Shown: piece after piece, positions 20,562 to 28,182 of the stretch
Layout of the letters: each line of letters starts with the position of its first letter
Position numbering within the stretch: position 1 is the first letter of the stretch
Translations under genes and position numbers: made by a program
The notes under the pieces: generated by a model
Seen by the model: only the letters and a program-made list of their open reading frames with translations
Databases searched by the model: none
Told to the model about the DNA's origin: nothing
NCBI GenBank assembly: GCA_007134165.1
Contig: SLLJ01000408.1
Location: forward strand, 1-38,453
DNA: 38,453 bases
DNA from: Nitriliruptoraceae bacterium
GTDB taxonomy: Bacteria > Actinomycetota > Nitriliruptoria > Nitriliruptorales > Nitriliruptoraceae
Direction of reading: 5' to 3'

Positions 20562-21499
20562 CGCACGGCCCCTCCGGGAACGGCCAGGGTCACCAGCCGC
20601 TCGCAGAGGTCGGCGAACGCCAGCCCCGCGGCCTGTGCCGCGATCGGAACCAGTGAGGTCTCGGTCAGTCCCGGGCAGGTGTCGAGTTCCAGCAGCCAGG
20701 GTCGGCCCTCGTCGTCCACGATGAGGTCGGCCCGGGACACGTGCCGGGCCCCGATCGCGCGGTAGGCGTCGGTGGCCAACTGCTCGCAGGCCAGCCGAAC
20801 GCCGGGTGCCACGCGGGCGGGGGCATGGAACTCGGTGGCACCCGCGGTGTAGCGGGCGGTGAAGTCGTAGGCACCGTCGCGTGGCTGGATTTCGACGGGG
20901 GGCAGCGGCTCACCGTCGAGCACGGTCACGGCGACCTCCGTGCCGGCCACGAAGGCCTCGAGCAGCACGGAGTCCGCGTAGCTGAAGGCGCCGACGATCG
21001 CCTGGGGCAGCGCGCTCGGCTCGTGGACGATGCTCAGCCCGAGACACGAACCGCCGGTCGCTGGCTTGACCACGACCTGCGAGCCCAGTGCGGCAGCGAC
21101 CCGGTCCAGCACCGCCACCGCCCCCATCTCCCGGAAGGCCTGCTGGGTGAGCGTGACGTTGGCCGGCACGCGCAGCCCGGCCCGCCGGTACAGCCCTTGG
21201 GCGATCGGCTTGTTCCAGGCCAGCGCACTGGCGAGCTCGTCGGGTCCGGTGTAGGGCAGCCCGATCAACTCCAGCAGCGACTGGATCGTCCCGTCCTCCC
21301 CGGCCGATCCGTGCAGCGCCAGGAAGGCGAGGTCGAAGCCGCCCGTCTCCAGTGACGGGATCAGCGTGGTGTCGACATCCAGACGGGTCACCTGGTGCCC
21401 TCGGTCGGTGAGTGCCGCGGCGACCCGCGCCCCAGATCGCAGGCTGACCTCCCGCTCGAGGGACAACCCCCCCGACAGCACGGCAACGGTGTGGGGCAC
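20558..21499 (-). CDS. ddl: D-alanine--D-alanine ligase
   Basis: N-terminal VAVLSGGLSLEREVSLRSG, an ATP-grasp region and C-terminal LLELDTCPGLTETSL. Confidence 0.92.
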   Translation of the reverse strand: MPHTVAVLSGGLSLEREVSLRSGARVAAALTDRGHQVTRLDVDTTLIPSLETGGFDLAFLALHGSAGEDGTIQSLLELIGLPYTGPDELASALAWNKPIAQGLYRRAGLRVPANVTLTQQAFREMGAVAVLDRVAAALGSQVVVKPATGGSCLGLSIVHEPSALPQAIVGAFSYADSVLLEAFVAGTEVAVTVLDGEPLPPVEIQPRDGAYDFTARYTAGATEFHAPARVAPGVRLACEQLATDAYRAIGARHVSRADLIVDDEGRPWLLELDTCPGLTETSLVPIAAQAAGLAFADLCERLVTLAVPGGAVR

Positions 21500-21531
21500 G
21501 GTGGGCTCCTGACGGATCTCGGGGTGGGGGC

Positions 21532-22824
21532 TCAGCCACCGATGCCGGTGGCGCGCCCGATGCTGCGGGTTCGCAGCTGTGGCGCATGTTCACCGTAGAC
21601 GGCCCGGACCAGCTCAAGCTCGGCGTGCAGTAGCTCGCCGAGCCGCACGACTCCCTCGCGGATCCGGTCGGGGGTCGGGAAGGAGAAGCACAGCCGAGCG
21701 TGGTCTCCTCCCGAGCCGTCGGCGAAGAACCCGCGGCCTGGCACGTAGGCCACGCGCTGCGAGATCGCCTTGGCCAGCAGGTCTGAGGTGTCGATGCCGG
21801 CCGGCACACTCAGCCACACGTAGAAGGCCCCCAGGGGGCGGGTCCAGTGCACTTCGGCGGGCAGCTCGGCCGCCATCGTGTCGAGCATCACGCCGGCCTT
21901 CTCGGCGTAGAGCTGGCGGAAGCGCTTGATCTGCTCGACCCACGGCTGGGTCTGCAACCAGCGCTCGACGATCATCTGGGTCAGGTTCGACGGACAGAGA
22001 TCCGCGGCCTCCCGCAACAGCACCAGCTTGTCGCGCACCGGGGCGGGCGCGGCGATCCAGCCGGTACGGACCCCCGGGGCGAACAGCTTGGACATGGTGC
22101 CCACGTAGATGACCCGGTCGGGGATCATGCTGCGGAGTGAAGGCAGCACCTCGCCGTCGAAGCCGAGCAGTCCGTAGGGATCGTCCTCGACCACGAGCAG
22201 GTCGTGGCGCTCGGCGAGCTCGGCAACCCGACGGCGACGGTCCAGCGACAGCGAGACGCCGGCTGGGTTCTGGTGGTTGGGGATGAGGTAGAGGTACTTG
22301 GCGTGCCGGCCCTCGGCCTGAAGGGTCTGCAGCTGCGCTTCGAGCAGGTCGACACGCATGCCGTCGTCGTCCATCGGGACGTGGCGGATGTCGGCCTGCA
22401 GGCTGGTCATCGCGCCGATCGCTCCGACGTAGGTCGGACCCTCCGCGAGCACCACGTCACCGGGGTCCAAGAAGCACGTCGCGATCAGTTCCAGCGCTTG
22501 CTGCCCACCGACGGTGACCACCAACTCGTCGGGGTGGGCTCCGACGCCCTGCAGGCGCATCACCTCCACGAGCTGCTCGCGCAGCTCCGGGCGGCCCTGA
22601 CCGCCGCCGTACTGCAGCGCGATCGCTCCGCTGTCCCGGATGACGGCCGAGACGACCTGCTCCACGGCCTCGAGGTCCAGCGCCGAGGTGTCGGGCATGC
22701 CGCCCGCGAACGACACGATCTCCGGGCGTGAGGCAACCGCGAACAGCGCGCGGATCTCCGAGGCACTCATGCCCGTCACCCGCGCCGCGTAGCGGGCGAG
22801 GTAGGGGTCGGTCTCGAGCCGCAC
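21532..22824 (-). CDS. PLP-dependent aminotransferase, class I/II (Aro8/LysN-like)
   Basis: Contains IPNHQNPAGVSL and the SKLFAPGVRTGW Lys motif. Start set to GTG 22824 (in frame, GGAG upstream). The remaining 327 codons of the 757-aa track ORF overlap plus-strand genes and are Arg/Pro-rich. Confidence 0.88.
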   Translation of the reverse strand: MRLETDPYLARYAARVTGMSASEIRALFAVASRPEIVSFAGGMPDTSALDLEAVEQVVSAVIRDSGAIALQYGGGQGRPELREQLVEVMRLQGVGAHPDELVVTVGGQQALELIATCFLDPGDVVLAEGPTYVGAIGAMTSLQADIRHVPMDDDGMRVDLLEAQLQTLQAEGRHAKYLYLIPNHQNPAGVSLSLDRRRRVAELAERHDLLVVEDDPYGLLGFDGEVLPSLRSMIPDRVIYVGTMSKLFAPGVRTGWIAAPAPVRDKLVLLREAADLCPSNLTQMIVERWLQTQPWVEQIKRFRQLYAEKAGVMLDTMAAELPAEVHWTRPLGAFYVWLSVPAGIDTSDLLAKAISQRVAYVPGRGFFADGSGGDHARLCFSFPTPDRIREGVVRLGELLHAELELVRAVYGEHAPQLRTRSIGRATGIGG

Positions 22825-22932
22825 AACGGTGCTCCGGGTCGGCGGGTTCCCCGTCCGGCAGCGTCCGATCCGGGTAGCCTCGAGGGTAGCGATCCCGGCG
22901 CCAGGCTCCGGGGCGCGGCCCCGGAGGTCGTC

Positions 22933-23106
22933 ATGCCGCACGCTGCCGTCTCGGACGCCGAGCGCTATCGCGCGCCGGGCGGCTGGAAGCGGGCGCTGAT
23001 CGGCTTCCTGCTGGGGGTGGCTGCCGGTGTGGTCGTCGCCCTGATTCTGCCCCGCGACGACGGGCCGCGCCGGGTGCGTACACCGCTGCCCGTCGCGAAC
23101 GGCTGA
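22933..23106 (+). CDS. small single-pass membrane protein (57 aa)
   Basis: Hand-translated: MPHAAVSDAERYRAPGGWKRALIGFLLGVAAGVVVALILPRDDGPRRVRTPLPVANG*. A GGAGG SD lies 5 nt upstream. High GC3. It ends 4 nt before the GNAT start. Confidence 0.5.
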   Translation: MPHAAVSDAERYRAPGGWKRALIGFLLGVAAGVVVALILPRDDGPRRVRTPLPVANG

Positions 23107-23110
23107 CGCC

Positions 23111-23764
23111 GTGGGTCGGCAGGTCCTCGCCCTGACCGGTGACCTGGTGGAGTTGCTGCCCGAGCCCTGTCGCACCTGCCTGTTCTGGGAGCTCGGGGGT
23201 CCCTGTCCGGACCGGCGCAGTAACCCGGCGGTACCGCCGCGCCAGGCCGTGGTGGCACCGACCCGACCCCTGGTTCGCAAGCAGGCCTGGGTCTCGGCGG
23301 TCGTGCAGGACGGGCAGCCGGCGGGGTGGGTGGTCCGTGTCGAGGGAGAGGTCGTGGCCCACGTGCTCGCGGCGCCGTCGGCACGGTTCGCGCCGCGTGC
23401 GCTCGGCCTGCCCAGCGCCAGCCCCGACGCGCTGCTACTGGCCAGCCTCTGGGTCCAACCGCACTGGCGAGGCCGGGGGATCGGACGCTTGCTGGTTCGG
23501 GCAACGCTCAAGGACGCGCTCCGCCACGGATGTCGCCGAGTGGAGGCTTTCGGTGACCGTCGGTGGCGGGAACAGGCCTGTGCGTTGCCGGCCGGATGGC
23601 TGCTCGGTGAGGGTTTCGACGTCGAGATGGAGCACCCTCGCACGCCCCTGTTCGCGATCGAACTCGGCCGGACCGTCCGTTGGGCCGAGAGTCTCGAGCA
23701 GGCACTCGGTGAGATCCTCGTGCCCCGTCCGGCCCGCGCCCGGGTGACGGGCCCTGCTCGGTAG
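23111..23764 (+). CDS. GNAT-family N-acetyltransferase
   Basis: Acetyl-CoA motif LWVQPHWRGRGIGRLLV. N-terminal Cys-containing region PCRTCLFWE. Confidence 0.8.
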   Translation: MGRQVLALTGDLVELLPEPCRTCLFWELGGPCPDRRSNPAVPPRQAVVAPTRPLVRKQAWVSAVVQDGQPAGWVVRVEGEVVAHVLAAPSARFAPRALGLPSASPDALLLASLWVQPHWRGRGIGRLLVRATLKDALRHGCRRVEAFGDRRWREQACALPAGWLLGEGFDVEMEHPRTPLFAIELGRTVRWAESLEQALGEILVPRPARARVTGPAR

Positions 23765-23822
23765 TCTGGGAGGTCGGGCCTGTCCTCGCGATGCCCGTCC
23801 CTCACCTCGGAGCCAGTGCGTC

Positions 23823-25073
23823 GTGCGTGCCTACCGCGTTCTGCTGGCCCACCGCGACGTGCGGTGGCCGCTGATCGCCTCGACGCTCGCGCGGCTGACG
23901 CCCGGGATGATCGTGCTGGCGGTCGTGCTGTTGATGCGAGACGCGGGGCACAGCTACGCGGTGGCGGGCCTGGTCACCGCCGCTCACCAGGTGGGGATCG
24001 GTGCCGTCTCTCCGCTGCAGGGCCGGTTCGCGGACCGCTTTGGGCAGCGTCGGGTCTTGCTGCCCGATGCGTTGGGCTACCTCGCCGGCACCGTCCTGCT
24101 CGCCTGGCTGGCCGTGTCCGGTGCCGCGGTGCCCGGGTTGCTCGTCGTCGCCGTGCTGACGGGCGCCGTGTTTCCCCCCAGCACCGCCTGTGTACGGGTG
24201 CTGCTGTCCCATCGCTTCCCGACCGGCCACGAACGCGAGACCGCGTTCGCGCTGACCGCGATCGCGGTGGAGGTGGGGTTCATCTTCGGACCACTGCTCG
24301 CCGTCGCCGTCGCCGAAACGGTCGGTGCCGCCTGGGCGGTGGTGATGGCCGGCAGCGTGGCCGCGATCGGGGCAACCGGGCTGGCCATGACCGGTGCATC
24401 GGCCGCCGTACCCCGGCGGGACCCATCCGTGCCGCGGCGTAGCGCGCTGGCCTCCGGTGGGGTGCGGCTCATGGTCGTCACGCTGGGGACCATGGCGGTG
24501 GCCTTCGGGGTCATCGACATCGCCGTGCCAGCGGTCGCGGAGCTGGCCGGAGACCGATCGGCGGCCGGCTGGCTGATCGCGTCGATCGCCTCGGGCAGCC
24601 TGGTCGGCGGGTTGGTCTACGGCGGGAGGGTCTGGCCCGGGACGCTGGTGACCCGGGTACGGGTGCTGGCGGTGGTCCTCGCGGTCGGCTTCCTGATCCT
24701 GCCGTTCGCAACCGGTTCCCTGGGCCGCTTCGCGGTGGCGCTGTTCATCGCCGGGGTGTTCCTCTCACCACTGACGATCGGGGCCTTCGAGCTGATCGAC
24801 GACCTTTCGCTGCCTGGCACCCAGACGGAAGCGCAGCAGTGGACCCAGGCTGCGGTGGTTGCGGGGGTCGCCCTGGGCGCGACGTTGTCCGGTGCCGCCG
24901 TCGAGCATTCGGGGCCCCCGGCGGCCTTCCTCGCCGGCGGGCTGTGCATCGGGGTCGGAGCACTGCTCGTCAACCTCGGCCGGGCGCGGTTGCACCGGGA
25001 GTCACCGCGGCGCTCGGATCCGCTGCGCTCGGATCCAGGGCCCACGCCGGCTCGCCCACCAGCGCCGCGGTGA
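23823..25073 (+). CDS. MFS transporter
   Basis: 416 aa with about 12 hydrophobic helices. An MFS-like loop motif (GRFADRFGQRRV) lies after TM2. Confidence 0.85.
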   Translation: MRAYRVLLAHRDVRWPLIASTLARLTPGMIVLAVVLLMRDAGHSYAVAGLVTAAHQVGIGAVSPLQGRFADRFGQRRVLLPDALGYLAGTVLLAWLAVSGAAVPGLLVVAVLTGAVFPPSTACVRVLLSHRFPTGHERETAFALTAIAVEVGFIFGPLLAVAVAETVGAAWAVVMAGSVAAIGATGLAMTGASAAVPRRDPSVPRRSALASGGVRLMVVTLGTMAVAFGVIDIAVPAVAELAGDRSAAGWLIASIASGSLVGGLVYGGRVWPGTLVTRVRVLAVVLAVGFLILPFATGSLGRFAVALFIAGVFLSPLTIGAFELIDDLSLPGTQTEAQQWTQAAVVAGVALGATLSGAAVEHSGPPAAFLAGGLCIGVGALLVNLGRARLHRESPRRSDPLRSDPGPTPARPPAPR

Positions 25074-26127
25074 GCGCGTCGACCAGGCCGTCGGCGATCG
25101 CCCGCTGATGATCACGGTCGGTGAGTGCCGCGCCTTCGGCAGGGTGGCTGAGGAAGCCGACCTCGACGATCACCGCCGGGGCCCGTGACTCGCGCAGCAG
25201 CGCGACCGTCGAGGGGTGGATCCGGCAGTGGGGGCTTCCGGTCACGGCGGCGAGGCGATCGACGGCGAGCTCGGCGAGCCGCCGGCCCCGCTCGGAGACG
25301 TAGCGCTCGGTGCCGAAGTGGTAGCCGGCGATGCCCCGTGCCGCGGGCGTGGGGTGGTGGTTCCCGCACACCGAGACGATCACCTCGACGTCCTCGGCGT
25401 TGGCATGGGCGGCGCGCTGTGAGGGGGTGGGTGTGGTCCGGGGACCGCGGCTGAGCACGACGTTGGCGCCCAGGGCTGCGAGCCGCCCCTCGGTGAGCGC
25501 GACGATGGTCCAGGTGATGTGGTGCTCCGGGGTCCCGTCCGGCGCGGCGGGTCCCGGGTCGGATTCCCCGCGGGCGGGGTCGAGCAGGATCCGCGCCCCG
25601 GCCAGGGAACTGCGCAGCCGGTGGCGCAGCTGCTGGCGTTCGCGCACGACGTAGGCGGGATCCTGCTGGTGCTGCCGTGCCAGGCGGCACAGTGCGTGGG
25701 TGGTGGCGGGGCCGGCCATCCCGTCGACCACCAGCCCGGCGTTGAGTTGGAAGTCGCGGACCGCTTCGACCGTCTGGGCGCCGTAGATGCCGTCGTCGTA
25801 GCCGGCGTCGAATCCGAGGCGGCTGATGCGGCGCTGCAGGTCACGCACGTCGTCGCCGCGCAGCGTCGGCCGGCGTTCGTACAGCAGCCGGTCGCCGAGT
25901 CGGTAGGAGGCGCCGACCAGCGCACCCCAGGTGTCGGCTCCCACGATCCCGTCAGCCGGCAGGCCACGGTGCTGCTGGAACGCGCGCACCGCCGCCAGGG
26001 TCGACGCGTCGAAGACGCCCAGGTCGTAGCCGGCCATGAAGCCGAGGTCCCCCAGTCGACGCTGGATGTCCTCGACCTCGGGCCCGACCGAGCCGAGTCG
26101 GATCAGTGCCATGTCGGACGCGTCCAC
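24970..26127 (-). CDS. cwlM: CwlM-like protein: two peptidoglycan-binding domains plus a degenerate Amidase_3 domain
   Basis: Two PG_binding_1 repeats (GxxVxxLQRRL...DGxFGxxTxxAVRxFQ pattern). The Amidase_3 entry motif reads ILLDPARGESDPG rather than GHGG. Position after trxB-trxA matches mycobacteria. Confidence 0.85.
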   Translation of the reverse strand: MDASDMALIRLGSVGPEVEDIQRRLGDLGFMAGYDLGVFDASTLAAVRAFQQHRGLPADGIVGADTWGALVGASYRLGDRLLYERRPTLRGDDVRDLQRRISRLGFDAGYDDGIYGAQTVEAVRDFQLNAGLVVDGMAGPATTHALCRLARQHQQDPAYVVRERQQLRHRLRSSLAGARILLDPARGESDPGPAAPDGTPEHHITWTIVALTEGRLAALGANVVLSRGPRTTPTPSQRAAHANAEDVEVIVSVCGNHHPTPAARGIAGYHFGTERYVSERGRRLAELAVDRLAAVTGSPHCRIHPSTVALLRESRAPAVIVEVGFLSHPAEGAALTDRDHQRAIADGLVDALTAALVGEPAWALDPSAADPSAAVTPGATAPGRG

Positions 26128-26139
26128 GGCGTCGCAGAC

Positions 26140-26463
26140 TCAGCCCAGGTAGGTGCCGAGCTCGGACATCAGCGCGGCTTTGCCCTTGGCCCCCACGATC
26201 TTCTTGTCGGGCTTGCCGCCCTTGAAGACCATCAGGGTCGGGATCGACATGATCCCGTACTCCCGGGCGGTCCCGGGATTCTCGTCGACGTTGAGCTTGA
26301 CGACCTTGAGATGATCGGCCTGCTCGCCGGCGATCTCGTCGACGATCGGGCTGACCTTCAGGCACGGTCCGCACCACTCGGCCCAGAAGTCGACGAGGAC
26401 GGGAAGGTCGGCCTCGATCACCTCGGTGACCCAGTCGGCGTCGGTCACGGGGCTGGCACCCAT
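26140..26463 (-). CDS. trxA: thioredoxin
   Basis: 107 aa with the WCGPC active site (FWAEWCGPCLKV). GGAGGA SD. Confidence 0.95.
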   Translation of the reverse strand: MGASPVTDADWVTEVIEADLPVLVDFWAEWCGPCLKVSPIVDEIAGEQADHLKVVKLNVDENPGTAREYGIMSIPTLMVFKGGKPDKKIVGAKGKAALMSELGTYLG

Positions 26464-26504
26464 CGGCGGTTCCTCCGCTGCTGTTGGTCGTGGTGGTGGT
26501 GACG

Positions 26505-27515
26505 CTACCGCGCGGCCGCGACGGCCGCCGTACCGACGGGATCGACCCCGCCCCCGGCCAGGAAGCGCTCGGCGTCGATCGCGGCCTTGCAGCCGGTGCC
26601 GGCGGCCGTGACCGCCTGGCGGTAGGTGTGGTCCATGACGTCCCCGCAGGCGAACACGCCGGGCACCCGGGTGCGGGTGGAGGGCTCGTCGACCACGAGG
26701 TAGCCCTCGTCGTCGGTCTCCAGCGTGTCGCCGAACAGCGTGGTGTTGGGGATGTGCCCGATGGCCAGGAACAACCCGTCGGCGCTCAGCTCGGACTCCT
26801 CGCCGGACCGGGTGTCACGCAGCGTCACCGAGGTCAGCTGGCCGTCGGTGCCGTTGACCCGGGTGATCACCGAGTTCCAGACCACGTCGATCTTGTCGTT
26901 GTCGAACACCCGCTGCTGCATGATCGCCGAAGCCCGCAGTGCGTCCCGCCGGTGGACGATCGACACCTTGGAGGCGAACCGGGTCAGGAAGTCCGCCTCC
27001 TCCATGGCCGAGTCGCCGCCGCCGACCACCAGCACGTGGCGGTCACGGAAGAAGAACCCGTCGCAAGTGGCGCAGGCCGACACGCCCGCGCCCCACAGCT
27101 CGTCCTCTCCGGGGACCTCGAGGCGGCGTGGCTTGGCCCCGGTCGCGATGATCAGGGTGCGGGTGCGCAGCTGCTGCCCCGATGCGGTCTCGAGCACGAT
27201 GGGCTGTGAGGTGAGCTCGACGGAGGTGATGTCCTCGGTCACGAAGCTGGTGCCGAAGCGCTCGGCCTGGGCACGCATGCTGCTGATGAGCTCCGGACCC
27301 ATGATGCCCTCGGGGAAGCCGGGGTAGTTCTCCACGTCGGTGGTGAGCGTGAGCTGTCCGCCGGTCGGTCCACCCTCGGCCACGCCCTCGACCAGCAGGG
27401 GGGAGAGGGCGGCCCGCGCGGCATACAGAGCCGCCGTCAGCCCGGCCGGGCCGGAGCCGATGATGACGACGTCGTGCACGCCGTCCTGGTCGGAGGCGGA
27501 CTCGGAGCTGGTCAT
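26505..27515 (-). CDS. trxB: thioredoxin-disulfide reductase
   Basis: FAD motif VVIIGSGPAG, redox-active CATC (SACATCDG) and NADPH motif VVGGGDSAMEEA. Start set to ATG 27515 (in frame, GAGG SD). Confidence 0.95.
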   Translation of the reverse strand: MTSSESASDQDGVHDVVIIGSGPAGLTAALYAARAALSPLLVEGVAEGGPTGGQLTLTTDVENYPGFPEGIMGPELISSMRAQAERFGTSFVTEDITSVELTSQPIVLETASGQQLRTRTLIIATGAKPRRLEVPGEDELWGAGVSACATCDGFFFRDRHVLVVGGGDSAMEEADFLTRFASKVSIVHRRDALRASAIMQQRVFDNDKIDVVWNSVITRVNGTDGQLTSVTLRDTRSGEESELSADGLFLAIGHIPNTTLFGDTLETDDEGYLVVDEPSTRTRVPGVFACGDVMDHTYRQAVTAAGTGCKAAIDAERFLAGGGVDPVGTAAVAAAR

Positions 27516-27581
27516 GGTGGCCTCGTGGTCGCAGATCGGGATCGCAGGTCGGGCCGGTGATCGGCGCGCTTCGCACAGCCT

Positions 27582-27607
27582 AACGACGGTGGGGCGCCGG
27601 GCATTCC
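27582..27607 (-). promoter_or_regulatory. candidate SigR/SigH-type promoter for trxB-trxA
   Basis: The minus strand reads GGAAT-N18-GTT exactly (GGAAT at 27607-27603, GTT at 27584-27582). It lies about 65 nt upstream of the trxB ATG. Confidence 0.5.
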
Positions 27608-27621
27608 CTACCATCGCTCTC

Positions 27622-28182
27622 GTGCCTGCCTCCCGCTGCCACCGCCACCCGGACGTCGAGACGCGCCTGACGTGCTCGTCGTGCGAGGTGCCGATCTGCC
27701 CGGACTGTCTGGTCGAGGCGGCGGTCAGCTACCAGTGCCCCGACTGTGCCCACGGGCGGGGCCAGGATCCGCCCGCCAAGCGGTCCCCCGAACGGTCCAC
27801 CTCGAGGTCGTCGACGTCGAGGTCGTCGACGTCGAGGTCGTCGGGTGGTGGTGAGATCCCGATGGCGCTGCGGGTGCGCGCGACCGCTGCGGCGGTGGCC
27901 GGGTCGATGAGCGGCGGGCTGCTGCTGGGCCCGGTGCTGCTCGGCGGGACGTTCTTCCTGCTGTCCTCCGGCGTGATCGGATGGGGGATCGCCCGTCTGG
28001 TGTTCTGGGCCAGCCAGGAGCGCAGCTCCCCGTTCCTGCGGGCGATGGCGCTGACCGCGGCTGGTTTCAGCGTCGCGGTGGGACTGGTCGTCGCCGGTCG
28101 GGCCGCCGCCCCTCCCGGGCTGCTGTTTCTGGCCTACCCGGCGGCGGTGTACGGCGCCTGGCTGGTCGTGCGCAGCCGCTAG
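27622..28182 (+). CDS. B-box-type zinc-finger membrane protein
   Basis: GTG start, in frame. The N-terminus is CHRHPDVETRLTCSSCEVPICPDCLVEAAVSYQCPDC. A Ser/Thr/Arg repeat linker follows, then 3-4 helices. No rhomboid catalytic motifs seen. Confidence 0.7.
   Translation: MPASRCHRHPDVETRLTCSSCEVPICPDCLVEAAVSYQCPDCAHGRGQDPPAKRSPERSTSRSSTSRSSTSRSSGGGEIPMALRVRATAAAVAGSMSGGLLLGPVLLGGTFFLLSSGVIGWGIARLVFWASQERSSPFLRAMALTAAGFSVAVGLVVAGRAAAPPGLLFLAYPAAVYGAWLVVRSR
27801..27845 (+). repeat. 15-bp x3 in-frame tandem repeat (GTCGAGGTCGTCGAC)
   Basis: Read directly. It encodes the STSRS x3 linker of the zinc-finger protein. Confidence 0.9.

Noticed and set aside
18358-20765. Plus-strand ORFs 18358-19986 (542 aa), 19349-20167 and 19761-20765
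   Set aside because: They are out-of-frame overlaps of parB and antisense to rpiA and the HAD gene. The annotated frames carry clear family motifs and these do not.
22825-23805. 5' extension of the aminotransferase ORF (757 aa in the track)
   Set aside because: The upstream 327 codons are Arg/Pro/Ser/Gly-rich with no domain. They overlap the plus-strand GNAT gene and the small SD-preceded ORF. The aminotransferase N-terminus aligns naturally from GTG 22824.
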